NCBI RefSeq assembly: GCF_009914755.1
Contig: NC_060931.1
Strand: one strand, 5' to 3'
Source of the DNA: the human T2T-CHM13v2.0 reference genome, Homo sapiens
DNA: 64,000 nucleotides
The position numbers and the translations under genes are program-made. Each line of letters opens with the position of its first letter. Positions within the stretch are counted from its first letter, which is position 1. Under the pieces are notes generated by a model. It saw nothing but the letters and a program-made list of their open reading frames with translations, was not told the origin of the DNA and made no database searches. Of this stretch, positions 40,641 to 53,240 are shown one piece after another.

Positions 40641-43124
40641 TTTACTTTTACTATAGAAGAAAGGAGGAATGAAAATAAGGCTCAGTATAGTCACTAGCAC
40701 AAGGAAGCTCAAGTATATCAGCCTACTAAAACGCTATATAAAGGGCAAGAAGACAAATTGGCTTTGTTCCTGAGAGGTAGGAGAGTAGGAAAGACAAAAA
40801 GGAAGCCACAGGAATGATAGAAGGCTATGATTCCTCTCAGAAACTTTTTACTCTATTATGAATTTCTTTTCTAAAATCTTGGAATGAGAACCCTGATGAA
40901 AACTGGTAAAGAAACTCAATTTTTTAAGGTAAAATAAAGTACTACATTCCTGAATGCAAAAATTAGAGGAAGAGAGAGCCATGATAGTATGAAACCCTGA
41001 TAACATACAGAAGACTATGGAAAGCTTTGAGTTTAACTGGACTTTGGAATTGGACATTAAGAAAACCTTACACTGATTTCATGAAATAGGAGATAGGAGG
41101 CCTTGCTGACGTCTGAGTACCAACAGTTTCTTTTAAAATCTGTAACATTTAAACAAACAAGGGTGCTAAAAGCAGAATTAAGCATAAATGAAAAAAAAAC
41201 ATGGTTTCTTTAAAAATAATCAGTGTAGAGTTCCTAATCATGCTACATATAGCAATCATAAAGTTGGCAATTTTAGAGAGCTTTAGTTAGACTTAACATA
41301 GTGTTAGTTTTAGCTACTGGAAATAGACATGAAGTATGAATCACTTTCCTGACTGAAATGTAGGCTAAATGTAACTATCACAGATTTTAAGAATGCCACC
41401 TAAATTTCTTCTCGACCACATTTTGTGTACTGACACTAAGACATCAGTAAAGGAAACAGGATGAATTTCCAGTCTTTCCAAAAGAGGCCAAATGGACTAT
41501 AGTTTATAATGTTAGTGCAAACTACACAACAGATGGACAACTGTGCACTTCTGACAGATTGAGGCATGCCTGATTACAAAATAATTCATTGCTGAAGAGG
41601 CCTCGTTACCAGTAGAAGCTCTCATGGAGAAAGTTTAGTCAGAAACAAATAAATATTAACAGTCAGCAGGAAAACTTAGGTAAGCTTTGATGTTTCATTA
41701 TTCATAGAAAGTGAACTTTCAGATGTTAACCACGTATAACACAGGCAGCCGTCTTAGAAGAAATTGCTGTTGATCAATTAGTCCACTCCTTCCTGTATAA
41801 GCTGTGGAAGAATAGAAGTTTAAAATATCTGGTCAACTGATGTTCTATACAGAACATCATTGTGTCCTATTTGAACTACTGGTGGGAGTTTCAGATTTCT
41901 GCCCAGATACTCAGGTAATGTCTATGTTACTAATTACTGACATGTAGAATTCAGGTAATTTTGGTAACTATTTTACTTTGTTGCAACATAATAAATGTGG
42001 GAATATCTATTACACTGACAAACACATTCCTTTTCTGCACACACTATGACTTGCAAGTGCTTGTGTCCATTATGTATTAAAATATGTTGAAAGTAATAAG
42101 CAACAAATTCAGCTTCTAACACGTAACATTTGCAAAATCCTCATCTTTTTAATCCTTTAATCTCTTGTGAGCAGGCTCAACATCTCTGAATTTTGCCCTA
42201 TAACCACTTCTGATCTTGTCTCTATCACTTGGAAAGGACTCAGGTAAATGCTCCATTTCCAGCCCTTTTGGGACTCAGGGGCATCTCTATAGTCTTTAGA
42301 ATACCCTCAGCTGTGCTGCTTTTCTCCTAAGAATACTGGAAATTTCCAAGTACATGTTTCTGCCAATCTGCATTTCCTATGTTGCAGTGTTGTAAACTGG
42401 AACTCTAGTCCTGGTTATCCATTCCGTTTCTCCCAAATCTCAAAATCTTTTGTAAAGAAAAATAAGATAATGAATTATGACATATATACATATTTTGTGC
42501 AAACTTGTAACTATGTAAAACCAAATACCACTTAATATAAATGCTACATGTCAAATGTTTCTTTAGCATAATAGTATCTTTGAGCTATTAATTGGTTGCT
42601 ACTCCCTCCTGCACATTCTTGTACCTATTACGCTTCCCCCCAATAAAGGCAGCTTTGATACTTTCTATACTGACCGAAAACATATATATGAACTAGAACA
42701 AATAAATATTTAATGGATTTTTATAAATTTATATGAGCCAATAATATTGAAATCCAGAGCTTTTGATCTTTAAGAGCCAGGAATTATGGAGAAAAAATGG
42801 ACTTGGAGAGTCTAAAACCTTTCATTTGAAAACTAAAAGAAGGGCATAGATTACCTAGATCAGAGTTTATATCATGAACCAGAGCACAGGGAGACTGCTG
42901 ATGACATAAGGGCAGTTTTTCCAACCAAAACAAAGTGAAACTTTTGACAAACTTACAAGTACCAGTAGGTACCTGAGAAAAGCCCCCCATATGATACTCC
43001 CTTCTAGGAGTCAAAATCCTAGGGTGGCAGGAGAGAAAATAATAGAAACCCCATATTTTGAGGAAATCTCAGAGAAGAAGGAATTACTTTCTCGTTTTTC
43101 AGAGTTCAGTCCAGAAGATTCTAT

Positions 43125-44500
43125 GTTCTGGTTAGCTAGTGCTAGGAAAAAAACTACCTTGAAACATAATGGCTTAAGACAACAATCATCATTTTATTAT
43201 TGTTCATAGTTTCTGTGGACCAGGATTTTGGGAAAGGCTGGGATAAACTTCTGGGTGTCTCATGCTTTTGCAATGAGATGATAGCTGGATCTGTAACAGT
43301 GGATGAAGGGTGTCCAAAAATCCCTTCGAAAGGTAGAGTCTCATCTCTGTTCCCTTGGGTGTCAGCTGGCCTTAGTGACTCACTTCTTTTTTTTTTTCTT
43401 TGAGACGGAGTCTCACTCTGTCGCCGAGGCTGGAGTGCAGTGGAACAATCTCGGCTCACTGCAACCTCTGCCTCCTGGGTCCAGGCGGTTCTCCTGCCTC
43501 AGCCTCCTGAGTAGCTGGGATTACAGATGCCTGCCACCACGCCCAGCTAATTTTTGTATTTTTAGTAGAGACGGGGTTTCACCACGTTGATCAGGCTGGT
43601 CTTAAACTCCTGGCCTCAAGTGATCACACAGCCTCGGCCTCCCAAACTGCTGGGACTACAGGCGTGAGCCACTGTGCCCGGCCAGTGACTCACTTCTAAT
43701 GAATAGAATAAAGTCGAAGTGACAATATGAACTTCTGAAACCACAAAAGGCATTCCAGCCTCCTGCTTGCTGTCATTCTTAGATCACTTGCTCTCTCAGG
43801 AAAGCCAGCTGCCATGTTGAGAGGACACTCAAGCAGCCCTATAGAAAGGCCCATGTGATGAGGAATTAAGGCCTTCAGCCAGTTGCCAGGGATGATGCCT
43901 CTCATCAATAGCCATGTGAATGAGCCATCTTGGAACTGGATCTTCTCATCTTGGTCAAGCCTTCAGATGACTGCAACTTCAGCTGACATCTTGATTGTAA
44001 CCTCGCAGAAGTCCCTAAGCAAATCAGACAGTCACACCACTCTTGAATTCCTGATTCACAAAAATTGAGGTTATTAAACTCTGTGGTAAGCCACTACATT
44101 TTGGGGCAATTTGATATTACTATGAGGCGACAGGTAACTAATATGGAGGAGAGGCTGGAGCAGTTAATGGCTCTCCAGTCATTCACCTCTTCTCATATAG
44201 TCTCAGGCCTCTCTGTGTGGCTTTTCTGCATGGGCTAGTTTGGCCTTCCTCCTAGTATAGCAGCTGGACTATTTACATGATGGCTGATAGGTCTTTTATG
44301 ACCTATTTTCAGAAGTCACATAGCACCACTTCCTGCATATTCACTTCGTTAAAATTGCCACAAAAGCTGTCCAGTTTCAAGAGGAAGGAGTCATATACCA
44401 CCACCTGTCACTGAGAGAAGTGTCAGAGTCACATTATATAAAAAGGTTGTTGGATGGGAGATACTGCTGTAGCTATCTTTGAAAATATATGACCTGCTAC
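43125..44500 (-). mobile_element. MLT1 (G/H-like) LTR hosting a nested sense MLT1F (~43360-44145)
   Basis: Antisense ends aatggcttaagacaacaatc...tctgtggaccagga and gaagtcacatagcaccacttc; the inner LTR has cagccttcagatgactgca...taactaata. Confidence 0.65.
43388..43683 (-). mobile_element. AluS
   Basis: Antisense full dimer; perfect TSD AGTGACTCACTTCT at 43374-43387 and 43684-43697. Confidence 0.95.
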
Positions 44501-44509
44501 ATTGCAAGC

Positions 44510-44930
44510 CTTATAGGGAAGTTCCATAAGAAACAGGGCATTTGAGTAGTAGATTAGCAGAGTTATAAATGTAGGAGTCATCAGTGTATAGAGGGCAATT
44601 GAAGCCATTGGAGTGGATGACATTACTTAGGGAAAGAGGATAGAATAAGAAAGAGACATAGGCTTAGGGGTCACCGTGAAGAACTCTAAAATTTAAAAAT
44701 CAGGCCAGCAAAAAAGTGTTTAAAGAAGTAGGAGGAATTCCAATGTACTGTATCAGAAAGCCTAGAAAATGCATTTTCAAAGAAGGAAGAGGTGGTTATT
44801 TCAGGAGGAAATGTTGCTGACAAATTAAGTAAAATGATCATAGAAAATTGTTCATTGGATCTAGCAGTGTGGAGGTCACTAATAATCTTCATAGCATGTT
44901 ATGGGCAGAAATCAGACTATAGTGGTGGAA
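44510..44930 (-). mobile_element. L2 fragment
   Basis: ggagtcatcagtgtatag...tgaagccattggagtggatga...cattggatctagcagtgtggaggtcact. Confidence 0.7.
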
Positions 44931-46663
44931 AACATATAAAAGGAAGTAAGAATAGTTCTATGGGGAGATGAGATCAAAAGCACAAAAAGAGGAATTAGCC
45001 TTGAATAAGAGAAGGAACATCTCTAGGATCGGAGGGAAGGAATTTAGAATGAGCACAGATGAATGCATGGGGATGGAGGCAGGCTATTGAGGGAGTTTAT
45101 GCTTAAAAATCTCTGTAAAGGTCATTTATTTATAGAGAATTAAAAGGAACATCCATCAGGGTGTGAGAAGCACTCCGAAAGCTTGTTACAGAGTGAAAAA
45201 CAGTTACATTCCTTGCAAACCTGCAGCGTATGATCCATGACTTCTTTCATTGGAATTGAATTTCACTTTTTACTTGTTTAAACAACAATAAAAAGAAAAA
45301 CAATCAACCACTTTTCTATTTAAATTTTCAAATAAATAAAGGATTTAAGAATATCACACTGTAACACCAACTGAATATGAGAATGGTAGGAAAACCCTGG
45401 TCACTTGTTGAATGCTACCATCAATTGTAAGCCATTTACCCAAGAGAAATCTAAAATCCTTCTTTCGATTTATTACTTTATCAAAAATATTGTTGTGGTA
45501 AAGACATATAAGAAAGCCCTAAAAGTGAAAGGCTTCAGATTTATTTTCAGTGTTACCCATAGCAGGAGACGGATTTCTTATATAGTACTATATTTACTGT
45601 GACCTTTTCAAATAACAGTTATTTATAACATTATGTATGAGACATTGTTGTATCACATATTTCTCTAGCAATTGGTCTACAATGGTAAAGTACCATGGAT
45701 TCCTTCCCAGAGGAGATTCTTGTGAAAATTTATTACAGGCTCAAGATCAAGAGTGTTCTCAGAGAATGATTCCATGGCAGACAGCTGTTCGGCAAAAGAA
45801 TAGAAAAAAGAAAAAAAGATTCCAGCATCATATGAAAATGGACTTCTGTTCAACAAAAACGGAGCTTATCCAACAGAGATAGAGAAAGGAGTTTCACCTT
45901 ATTTCAGAAAATGACTGCGATAGCCTTGTCTTGCTACACCAGGTTGAATTAACATAGGCCAAAAGTTCTACGTAAATGTATATTTCTGGTTAAGAAATGT
46001 AAATAAACACAGAAAACAAGATATTAGAGATACTGTGACTGCTGAATTCACATATCTTCCTTATCCTAGGTTTGCTAAAATAGATATAATACTGCTGAAA
46101 TTACAAAATATGATTATATATAATAAGGTTATTCTCAAGTCTAAACACCCCATAGAAACTCTCCTTTCCTAATCCTATTAGCCCCAATTTTATTAAATTA
46201 AAAATTATATATTATATGACTTCACCTCTGCCCACTTAAGATGCAGTCACTGTAACAAAAGTACTATGCTATGGAATTTAATTTGATACAGTTATATTTA
46301 CTACAACTTACTACAATGTAATTCTTAAACTAGGTATTAAAAGACTGGGTTGATATTTCAGGTAATTTTAGAGGAGAAATAACATGTTTGGCAGTGTTTT
46401 CTGTTGGTTCAGATCTTAACTCTTAACAATTTCAGGTCCAGAAAGACCTCTACATTGCCCGTGTTTATATACATACGTTGTATGTCTATTAAAGGGATTC
46501 AGAGAACACCAGCCAAAGGAGATTCAAGAGGACGTATGTGTTTCTCTTGTGCATAAAACACTTTGCCTAGAAACATGAAAACAGAAATTTCCAAGAAGAA
46601 ACACATTGACCCATCTTTTCTAATACTAGTAATTTAGCTTAATCTGATGATACCAAGTGATTT

Positions 46664-47882
46664 TGTCACAGGATCCTTTGAGAGTCACGTCACCAGCCGG
46701 AAACCTCTGTGGCCGGCAGCACCTCTGCTTATGTTTCACTCGCACCAGCTGGGCTCATTCTGCCCACTTGGCCTGGCAGACTGCCCTCGGCTCGCACTAC
46801 CAGCCTTGATCCCAATGCCTGAGGATGGCAGGCCAGGCGTGAAGCGGTGAGGGGTGTGGGAGTGAGCGAGCGCGAGGTCTGGCCACTGCACACAGATAGG
46901 CACACTGGATGCTGCAGTGAGGCAGGCAGCTCCAGGCACCAGCACAGGCACCTGCTCCACGCGAGAGGCTGCAGCTGGACCAGGCATACTTCAAGCGGCT
47001 TCCACTGTGGGCACCGGCGTCTGGACGAAGGGAACATGGTGGCACCTGAAAACTTGGGAGTCACCAGCAACTGCAGAGCCCCCCAAGGGCGGGGGGTGGG
47101 GGTCATGCTACAGCTCTCTTTCCCACTGCCTGCAGCTCAGCGAACCAGGGCGGGGACATGTTTCAGCCCACTCAGTCCTCCTGCCTCACTCCAGCCCACC
47201 ACTCCCGGGATGGCTCAGCCCCACCACCGCTTCCCATCACGTGGGGCAGCTGCCCAACACCAGCAGATGGCGGGAGGGCTATAGTGTTACAGCTCTGGCT
47301 CAGGGAATCCCAAGGTCTGGGCCTCCAAAAGACTCGCTGCTCTTCACTCCCCTAGTCGAGCAAGTGGGAGCATGTCATCGCCCACTGCTCAGTGAGCCAG
47401 CCAGGAAAGTGTTATAGCCCTTTTCATGCCCTCTCTTCTGCAGGTCATGAGTTCTTGTCCTGCATCCAGGAAAAATGAGGTTACGTGGATAATCGGAGGG
47501 TGAGCAAGGCAGAGAAGAGTTTCACTGAGTGACAGACAGCTCTCAGCAGAGAAGAGACGCAAGTGGGTAGCTCCTATCTGCAGGCAGGTAGTGTTGACTC
47601 GTGGATGAGTCCAGGGTTTTTATGGGCTCAGAATGGAGGAAGTGTGTGTTAACTGGCCCATGGGTGGGAGGAAGTGCGTGCTGATTGGTCCATGAGTGGG
47701 CCTGGAAAAAGCACCATTTGATTCATTCAAAGGCATTAAGAAAGTTCTCACTCTGGGTACTGGATTCTACTTGGAACTGGCGGCCCGGTTTTCAGGCTTC
47801 AGGCTGTCTTTGGCTTGAAGGTCAGGTTTCACTGGGACCTGTCCCATCCACCAAGGAATTTGTCTGCCTCCTACTGCTATCA
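46664..47882 (-). mobile_element. MER52-family (ERV1) solo LTR, GC-rich
   Basis: TGTCACAGGATCC...GCTATCA ends (reverse complement begins TGATAGCAGTAGGAGGCAGACAAATTCC); 4-bp TSD ATTT at 46660-46663 and 47883-47886. Confidence 0.85.
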
Positions 47883-48004
47883 ATTTGATTCATATTTTGT
47901 TTTCTTCCCTCATTGTTAATTATAAGCAAGTTTTACAGGCAGTTGCCAGTAATTTAGTGAGTACTTTACCCAAAAAAGTTTGGCACAAAGATGCACTTAT
48001 ACTA

Positions 48005-48145
48005 CTATAATGTAAGCTCCTCCATTAGAATATATGTTCCTTGAGAGCAGGGTTGTCTCTCTTGTTCTCCATCATATTTCCTGTGCCTAAAATAGTGCTC
48101 AGCCCAAAGGAGGTGCTCAGGAAGAGCTGCTGAATGAAATGACCG
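48005..48145 (+). mobile_element. L2 3' tail
   Basis: aatgtaagctcc...gagagcaggg...tgtgcctaaaatagtgc...tgctgaatgaa. Confidence 0.65.
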
Positions 48146-48907
48146 AGTGTATCACAAATGTGCAAACTCCTGAAAGTTATAAACATTATCGTAGTTCCTT
48201 GTTTCTTCCTGTTTCACTGCATATTCTGTGCAAAGGAATTAAATGTACAGTGAATAGAAGGGAAGGGGATTAATCCAGAAGTCTTTTAATTCTAGAGAGC
48301 TTTCTCATATTTTGATTTCAAAGCAGAATCCTTATCCCTTTAGCTTTATTACTGTTGAGGCTTGTCCTTGGTCTGCCACAGCATATCATTAGCAATGAAG
48401 GCCCCAAAATTTCTATCTACTGTTGAAGTTACTACTTGGGAAAGAAAAAACAAAAACAAAAACAAAAAAAAACTCCTGCTGAACAATAGGGACATCTGCT
48501 GGCTAAAATGACAAGCTTCTATTCTTAAAATACTGCATCTAGATGCACAAGACTTGGGCAATAAGGTTTAGAGTAACACCAAATATGTGATGTGTTAAAA
48601 TAACTTCTTTCCACTTGAAAAATAGGTAACATGTGTTTGTTTTAGTCCAGAATTGTCCAAGTAGCAACACTATCTGGAAAAATACTGTGTGATCGCCAGT
48701 AGTCAGCTGTTCTTGCCAAAGAATAGAAATGGCTAGCTTCCAAGTCTTCTGGCTTAAGATAATTATCTTTAATATCAACAAACATTTAAATGTCTGCTAA
48801 GTTAAGGTATTGTGCCATATATTAGCAAATCAAAGCTCATGGCAAAGGGGTAAGATGGCCCATTTCTGCTATGTCTGGGCATGCACTGAGCTCTAGTCTC
48901 AGAGGAA

Positions 48908-49272
48908 TAGGAATACTATTCAGTCTTAAAAAAGAAGAAAATTCTGCAATATGCAACAACATGGATGAACCTTGAGGACATTATACTAAGTGAAATAAAC
49001 CAGTCACAGAAATACAAATACTACATGATTTCACTTATGTTAAGTATCTAAAATAGACGAATTTTTAGAATCAGAGTGGAATGGTGGTTTACCAGGGGCT
49101 GGGGAGAGGGGATGGGGAGTTAGTAATCAGCGGGCATAAAGTTTCAAGTAAGATGAATAAGCTCTAGAGATCTGCTGTACAACATTGTACCCATAGTCAA
49201 TGATAATGTTTTATATACTTAAAATTTTATTGAGGGCAGATGTCATGTTGTGTTCTTACCACAATAAAGTTT
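48908..49272 (+). mobile_element. L1MA (9/10-like) 3' end
   Basis: caacaacatggatgaaccttgaggacattat...ctagagatctgctgtacaacattg...cacaataaa. Confidence 0.85.
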
Positions 49273-51499
49273 TTTGAGAAATTCAGCTAACATTTGCAAG
49301 GGACAGCCTATCACCTGGCAGTGCTCTGCTTTCACCATTTTATAAACATTTTACAAGCCAGTTGCTTTCTGCAAATATGCTTTCATGCACTAGCTTGACA
49401 AATGCTTTCCCACCTTGCACCCCCTACTATGCTTCTTTATTCTTACCTTTCTGCTTAAGTATCTTCTCAGAAAGGCCTACTCTGAACTCTCTATGTAAAA
49501 GTTCACTTTCAGAGCACCCAAGTTGTATCTTTCTCAGAACTTACAAAACATGGCAATTATTGCTTAGTTAACTAATACATTGTCCCTCTCTCTTCCATGC
49601 TAGATTATAAAGGAACAGGTCTTTGAGTCTGGGTCTGGATATTATCCTGTTTTAGTGAAGTATCTGAACTGTTTTGTTTTGCACACCAAAATTACAAAGA
49701 CAGAACAAAAATTTTTATCCTTATTGGCTAGGAGTATTGGACGCCTTAGCTCTCCATTCCCTTGATAAGGAAACACTTTTCTGGCTAATATTCTATCAAT
49801 AGGTCTCAACAAAGATTTACCACAAAAGAAGAAAAAAGTGAAGTGGATATAGAGAGGTTGTCACCAGGCTGAGGTATTAAAAGGATTTCAGAGATGAGAC
49901 ACATAGGCAAAATGCAAGGCGGGAAAAGGATTGTAAGATGGAGTGTCATAAGGCCCAGAGGGAAGCCTACAGGAAGAATCTGAGACAGGAGACCACCTGG
50001 TAAAGCCTGGTGTGTGGGCATAACTGGGACAGTTTATTCATTCCTCCATTAGCACAGCAATCTCCATCAGCTGGAAGGCCCTACAGTGTATACCCATCAG
50101 CTATATTAACAGGACTCAGAGCCTGTGTAGAAAGAAAATTACTCAGTAATTGTAATTTTCTTTTACTTTGAACAAAAGCTTATAAACATCTTTTTTTTTT
50201 TCTGAATTAGCAAAAGATGATCATGAAACAACAGAACCTGCTTCTCAGTATTTGAAATACTTTATATTAATATATCAACCTGTCATAAAAGGCAATTTCA
50301 TCATCAATCACTGATGAGGTTCACAAAAGTGTTATAGACACCTGGAGTCCAACAAAGTCAATTTTAACTAGCAAATGCAGTAAATACCATAGCTAAGCTA
50401 TAAATACTTTAATAATTATTGTTTAGGATAGAAATACTTCTAATGATTTTTCTACAAAACATTTAATTCCTAAATAGGTAAATCCTTGGATAATATTTAA
50501 AACCTCATCCATTCCCTAGGTACACATTGACTAAATAATGAGGTACGGATAACATAGAAGTATAACTGCAGAAAATTGCTCTAGGAATCAAGTTGTGTTA
50601 TGGATAGTCTTTACATTGATTATTCAAGCTAAAGGGATAGAGACGTTATTATATTTTTTTAAATTATGCATTAAGCTAATATTAAAATACATTTGTCATC
50701 CCCAAATAAATACCAATTGACTTGGGAAAAGGTAGTTATAAAAGAAACTCAACCAGAAAGGGAGAATTTAGTTATGAGGATGCACTTGACTTTTTGCGGG
50801 GAGTTAGCAGCGTGCAGGCTGACCTAAAATTTAGCAGAGGAGAATGGATAGCCCGACTATAATTTATATATCACTATTTTGTGCCTTAGCAAAAATAATC
50901 CTATATGGTTATGTCTTATGAAAAATATGGCTCATTAGGAACCACCTTATCAATGTTAATGTCAACAATTTTGCATATGTAATTATTATTTTATTAGAAC
51001 TGCTCTTTGAGTAGTTGTATTGCTTTCCTGGCTTTAAGGTTTATTAGTTACCATTTTTAATGCTTAATACACGTCAGATTCCATGCAAACTACGCTGTCT
51101 ACAATATTCTGGAAGGTACATCTTATTACTCCTAAAGTAAACAAAGCTAAAAGAGGTGAAGTGCCATATCCACTACTAAGAAATGGAGCCAAGATTCACA
51201 CTCAGGTCTGACTGCCTGAGTCCATACCACGATACTATTCTGCCTCATAGTTTTGCTTACATAAACATTATTATGTACTTATTAAAAAATGGAATGATAC
51301 ACGGCTTAACTCCAACAGAATGCAGAGTGCCACAAATTAGTAATAAAGTTATCAACACAAGAAAATGCTGCTTCTGAGATTTATTTTTGAAAATTAGTCA
51401 AACATGTCGATCCTCCAGTAAAGCAAAGCATTTGTAAACTGGTTGTAATCATTTGTTTTCGTTATGAAAGTACTGCCAAAGTGTATTTTGTGAACTGCA

Positions 51500-51725
51500 A
51501 CCGGGTAGTTCAGAACACAGGCTTTGGAGCTGAGGCTTCAATTCTAATTCCACCGCCAACTTGGGAGCCCTTGGACACATTCCTTCACTTCTCTTTGGTT
51601 CCTGTGTAAAATGGGATTCATTTGTAATAATTGTAGCGATGCACTTAGAACTTATGAACATTAAATGAGTTTAATATACGTAAAACATTTACCTGTCACA
51701 TACGCACTCAAAGAATGCTGGCTCA
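51500..51725 (+). mobile_element. MIR
   Basis: caggctttggagc...ctgtgtaaaatggga...attaaatgagtttaatatacgtaaa. Confidence 0.7.
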
Positions 51726-52029
51726 CATTACAGAACCCAAAGGCTTATTTATCCTTTTCGTTTATAAGGGTATTAAAACGCGTTTTCTATTTAGGATGGG
51801 TTTATTACGGCTGCAACCCAAGGAGCATCTGTACTTTTAAGAGGAACTGGGCACAGCAAAACAGCATCTTCCTAGTCTAACAGTGAGACTACATTCACAG
51901 AGGACACATTTCATCAAGAACGACTTAACACGCCCAGATATCTCATATTATGCCCCTGCGGTAAGGCAAATCAAGTATGAAGACACACACTCCCTGTTTT
52001 CTTCAGCACTGAGATCACTGGTTCCCTCC

Positions 52030-53240
52030 GTTCCACACCGCGGCTCCCTCAGCTCGGAGCCACAGGGAACTATGAAAATCGGCACGCGAGGCCTAAGTGT
52101 CCCCAGAACCAGAGGAACCACAGTTGCGTCATAGCAGAAGGACCTCTTTTACAGCATCAGCAGTGGGATAGTCAGTGCCGAGTTTTCCTGGCAGGACAGC
52201 CGACAACCACCGCCACAGACCAGTACAAACATTCCAACCCAGGACCTTTTTTCGCGCGCCGACACAGCCGGAAGTGACGCGTACAGCCAGCACGCTGGGC
52301 CGCCAGCGGGACAGACGAGCGGGAGGGGCAGCGTGCGGGGAGCTGGGGGCGGGGCGCGGCCGCAGCTCCGTTTCCGGTGGCTCGTCGCGCTCGCTCACTC
52401 CAGCTGCAGCCACTCTCGCCCGTGGCTGCTTCCTCCATCCTGGTATTTTTTGGAGCTTCCATCCTGGTTCTTCCAAAGTGCCCGGACCCAAAACAGGAAG
52501 TAAGTGCGATGGAACCTTCAGGTTCCAACCGCCGCCAGGGCCGCTCCGCCCAGTGGAGCCTGTCCGGCCCCCTTGCTGCCCGCTAGCTCCCGCCGGCTGG
52601 CGCAAGCTGTCGGCGCCGGGGCACTGCGGGCGGGGTCGGAGCCTGGCCTTCCTGACGTTGCAGCTGCCGTCCCCGCACGTTCCGGCCAGGGCCTCCCTCT
52701 TAGGGCCGGGCGGTGCCCGTGGCTCAGGCTGCAGAGTAGGGAAGCGAGCGGCTGCCGAGGCACAGCGGCGATCCGGCGGGGGCGGAAAATGGCGGCGGCT
52801 TCGGAGGAGCTAAATGGCGCCGGGACCCCTGGGGGGTGGGGTGGGCCGGGAGGTTGAGTAGAGAACTGGGCCAGAAGGAGTGGAGACAGTAAGGAAGCCC
52901 TACTTGTTTTCTCGTGGTGTTCTATTTTTAGTTTTTATTTTTGTTACGTTTTCGGTTTTGTTTTATGGTCCAGCGTAGGAGAGGTAGGCTTGGGTGGGGT
53001 CGAGAGAGTGGGGGTGGGTCTCGACCCAACTTCCCCCCCTTTGCTTTTTTGTTCTTTTCCCTCGTTTGCGCTTTAGATTCTTCTGTAATTTTGCGGGGGT
53101 TCAGCCTTGCTCGGCGATTCACGGCCCAGACATAGAGAATCGGGATAGCTGGCCGAACCGTCTCTCTCAGTCTGACTCTCTTTAAAGAAGGGATGTGGGC
53201 TGGGGCGCGGGGACAGTCCTGGTGGAGCACGGAAAATGCG
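52030..53240. promoter_or_regulatory. DMTF1: CpG-island promoter (TATA-less) of DMTF1
   Basis: High GC/CpG density; NotI site 52356-52363; E2F TTTCGCGC 52250-52257; ETS/CRE CCGGAAGTGACG 52268-52279; GC box 52346-52355; YY1 AAAATGGCGGC 52786-52796. Confidence 0.9.
52361..52499 (+). other. DMTF1: Non-coding exon 1 (5' UTR) of DMTF1; TSS approximate
   Basis: Ends at a strong donor GAA|GTAAGT (intron starts 52500); recalled from memory as the DMTF1 mRNA 5' end. Confidence 0.8.

Noticed and set aside
46647-47417. Cluster of 65-166 aa ORFs
   Set aside because: All lie inside the GC-rich MER52 LTR and show no recognisable domain.
51884-51966. Possible upstream + strand exon (ctaacag|...GCG|GTAAGG)
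   Set aside because: Weak pyrimidine tract and no upstream promoter or exon partner; such site pairs are common by chance.
52129-52857. Overlapping 117-212 aa ORFs on both strands in the CpG island
   Set aside because: Stop-codon scarcity in GC-rich DNA; low-complexity R/G/P/A content; they cross the exon 1 donor, and the longest starts at GTG.
52030-53240. DMTF1 autoregulatory site CCCG(G/T)ATGT
   Set aside because: No exact match was seen in the island.
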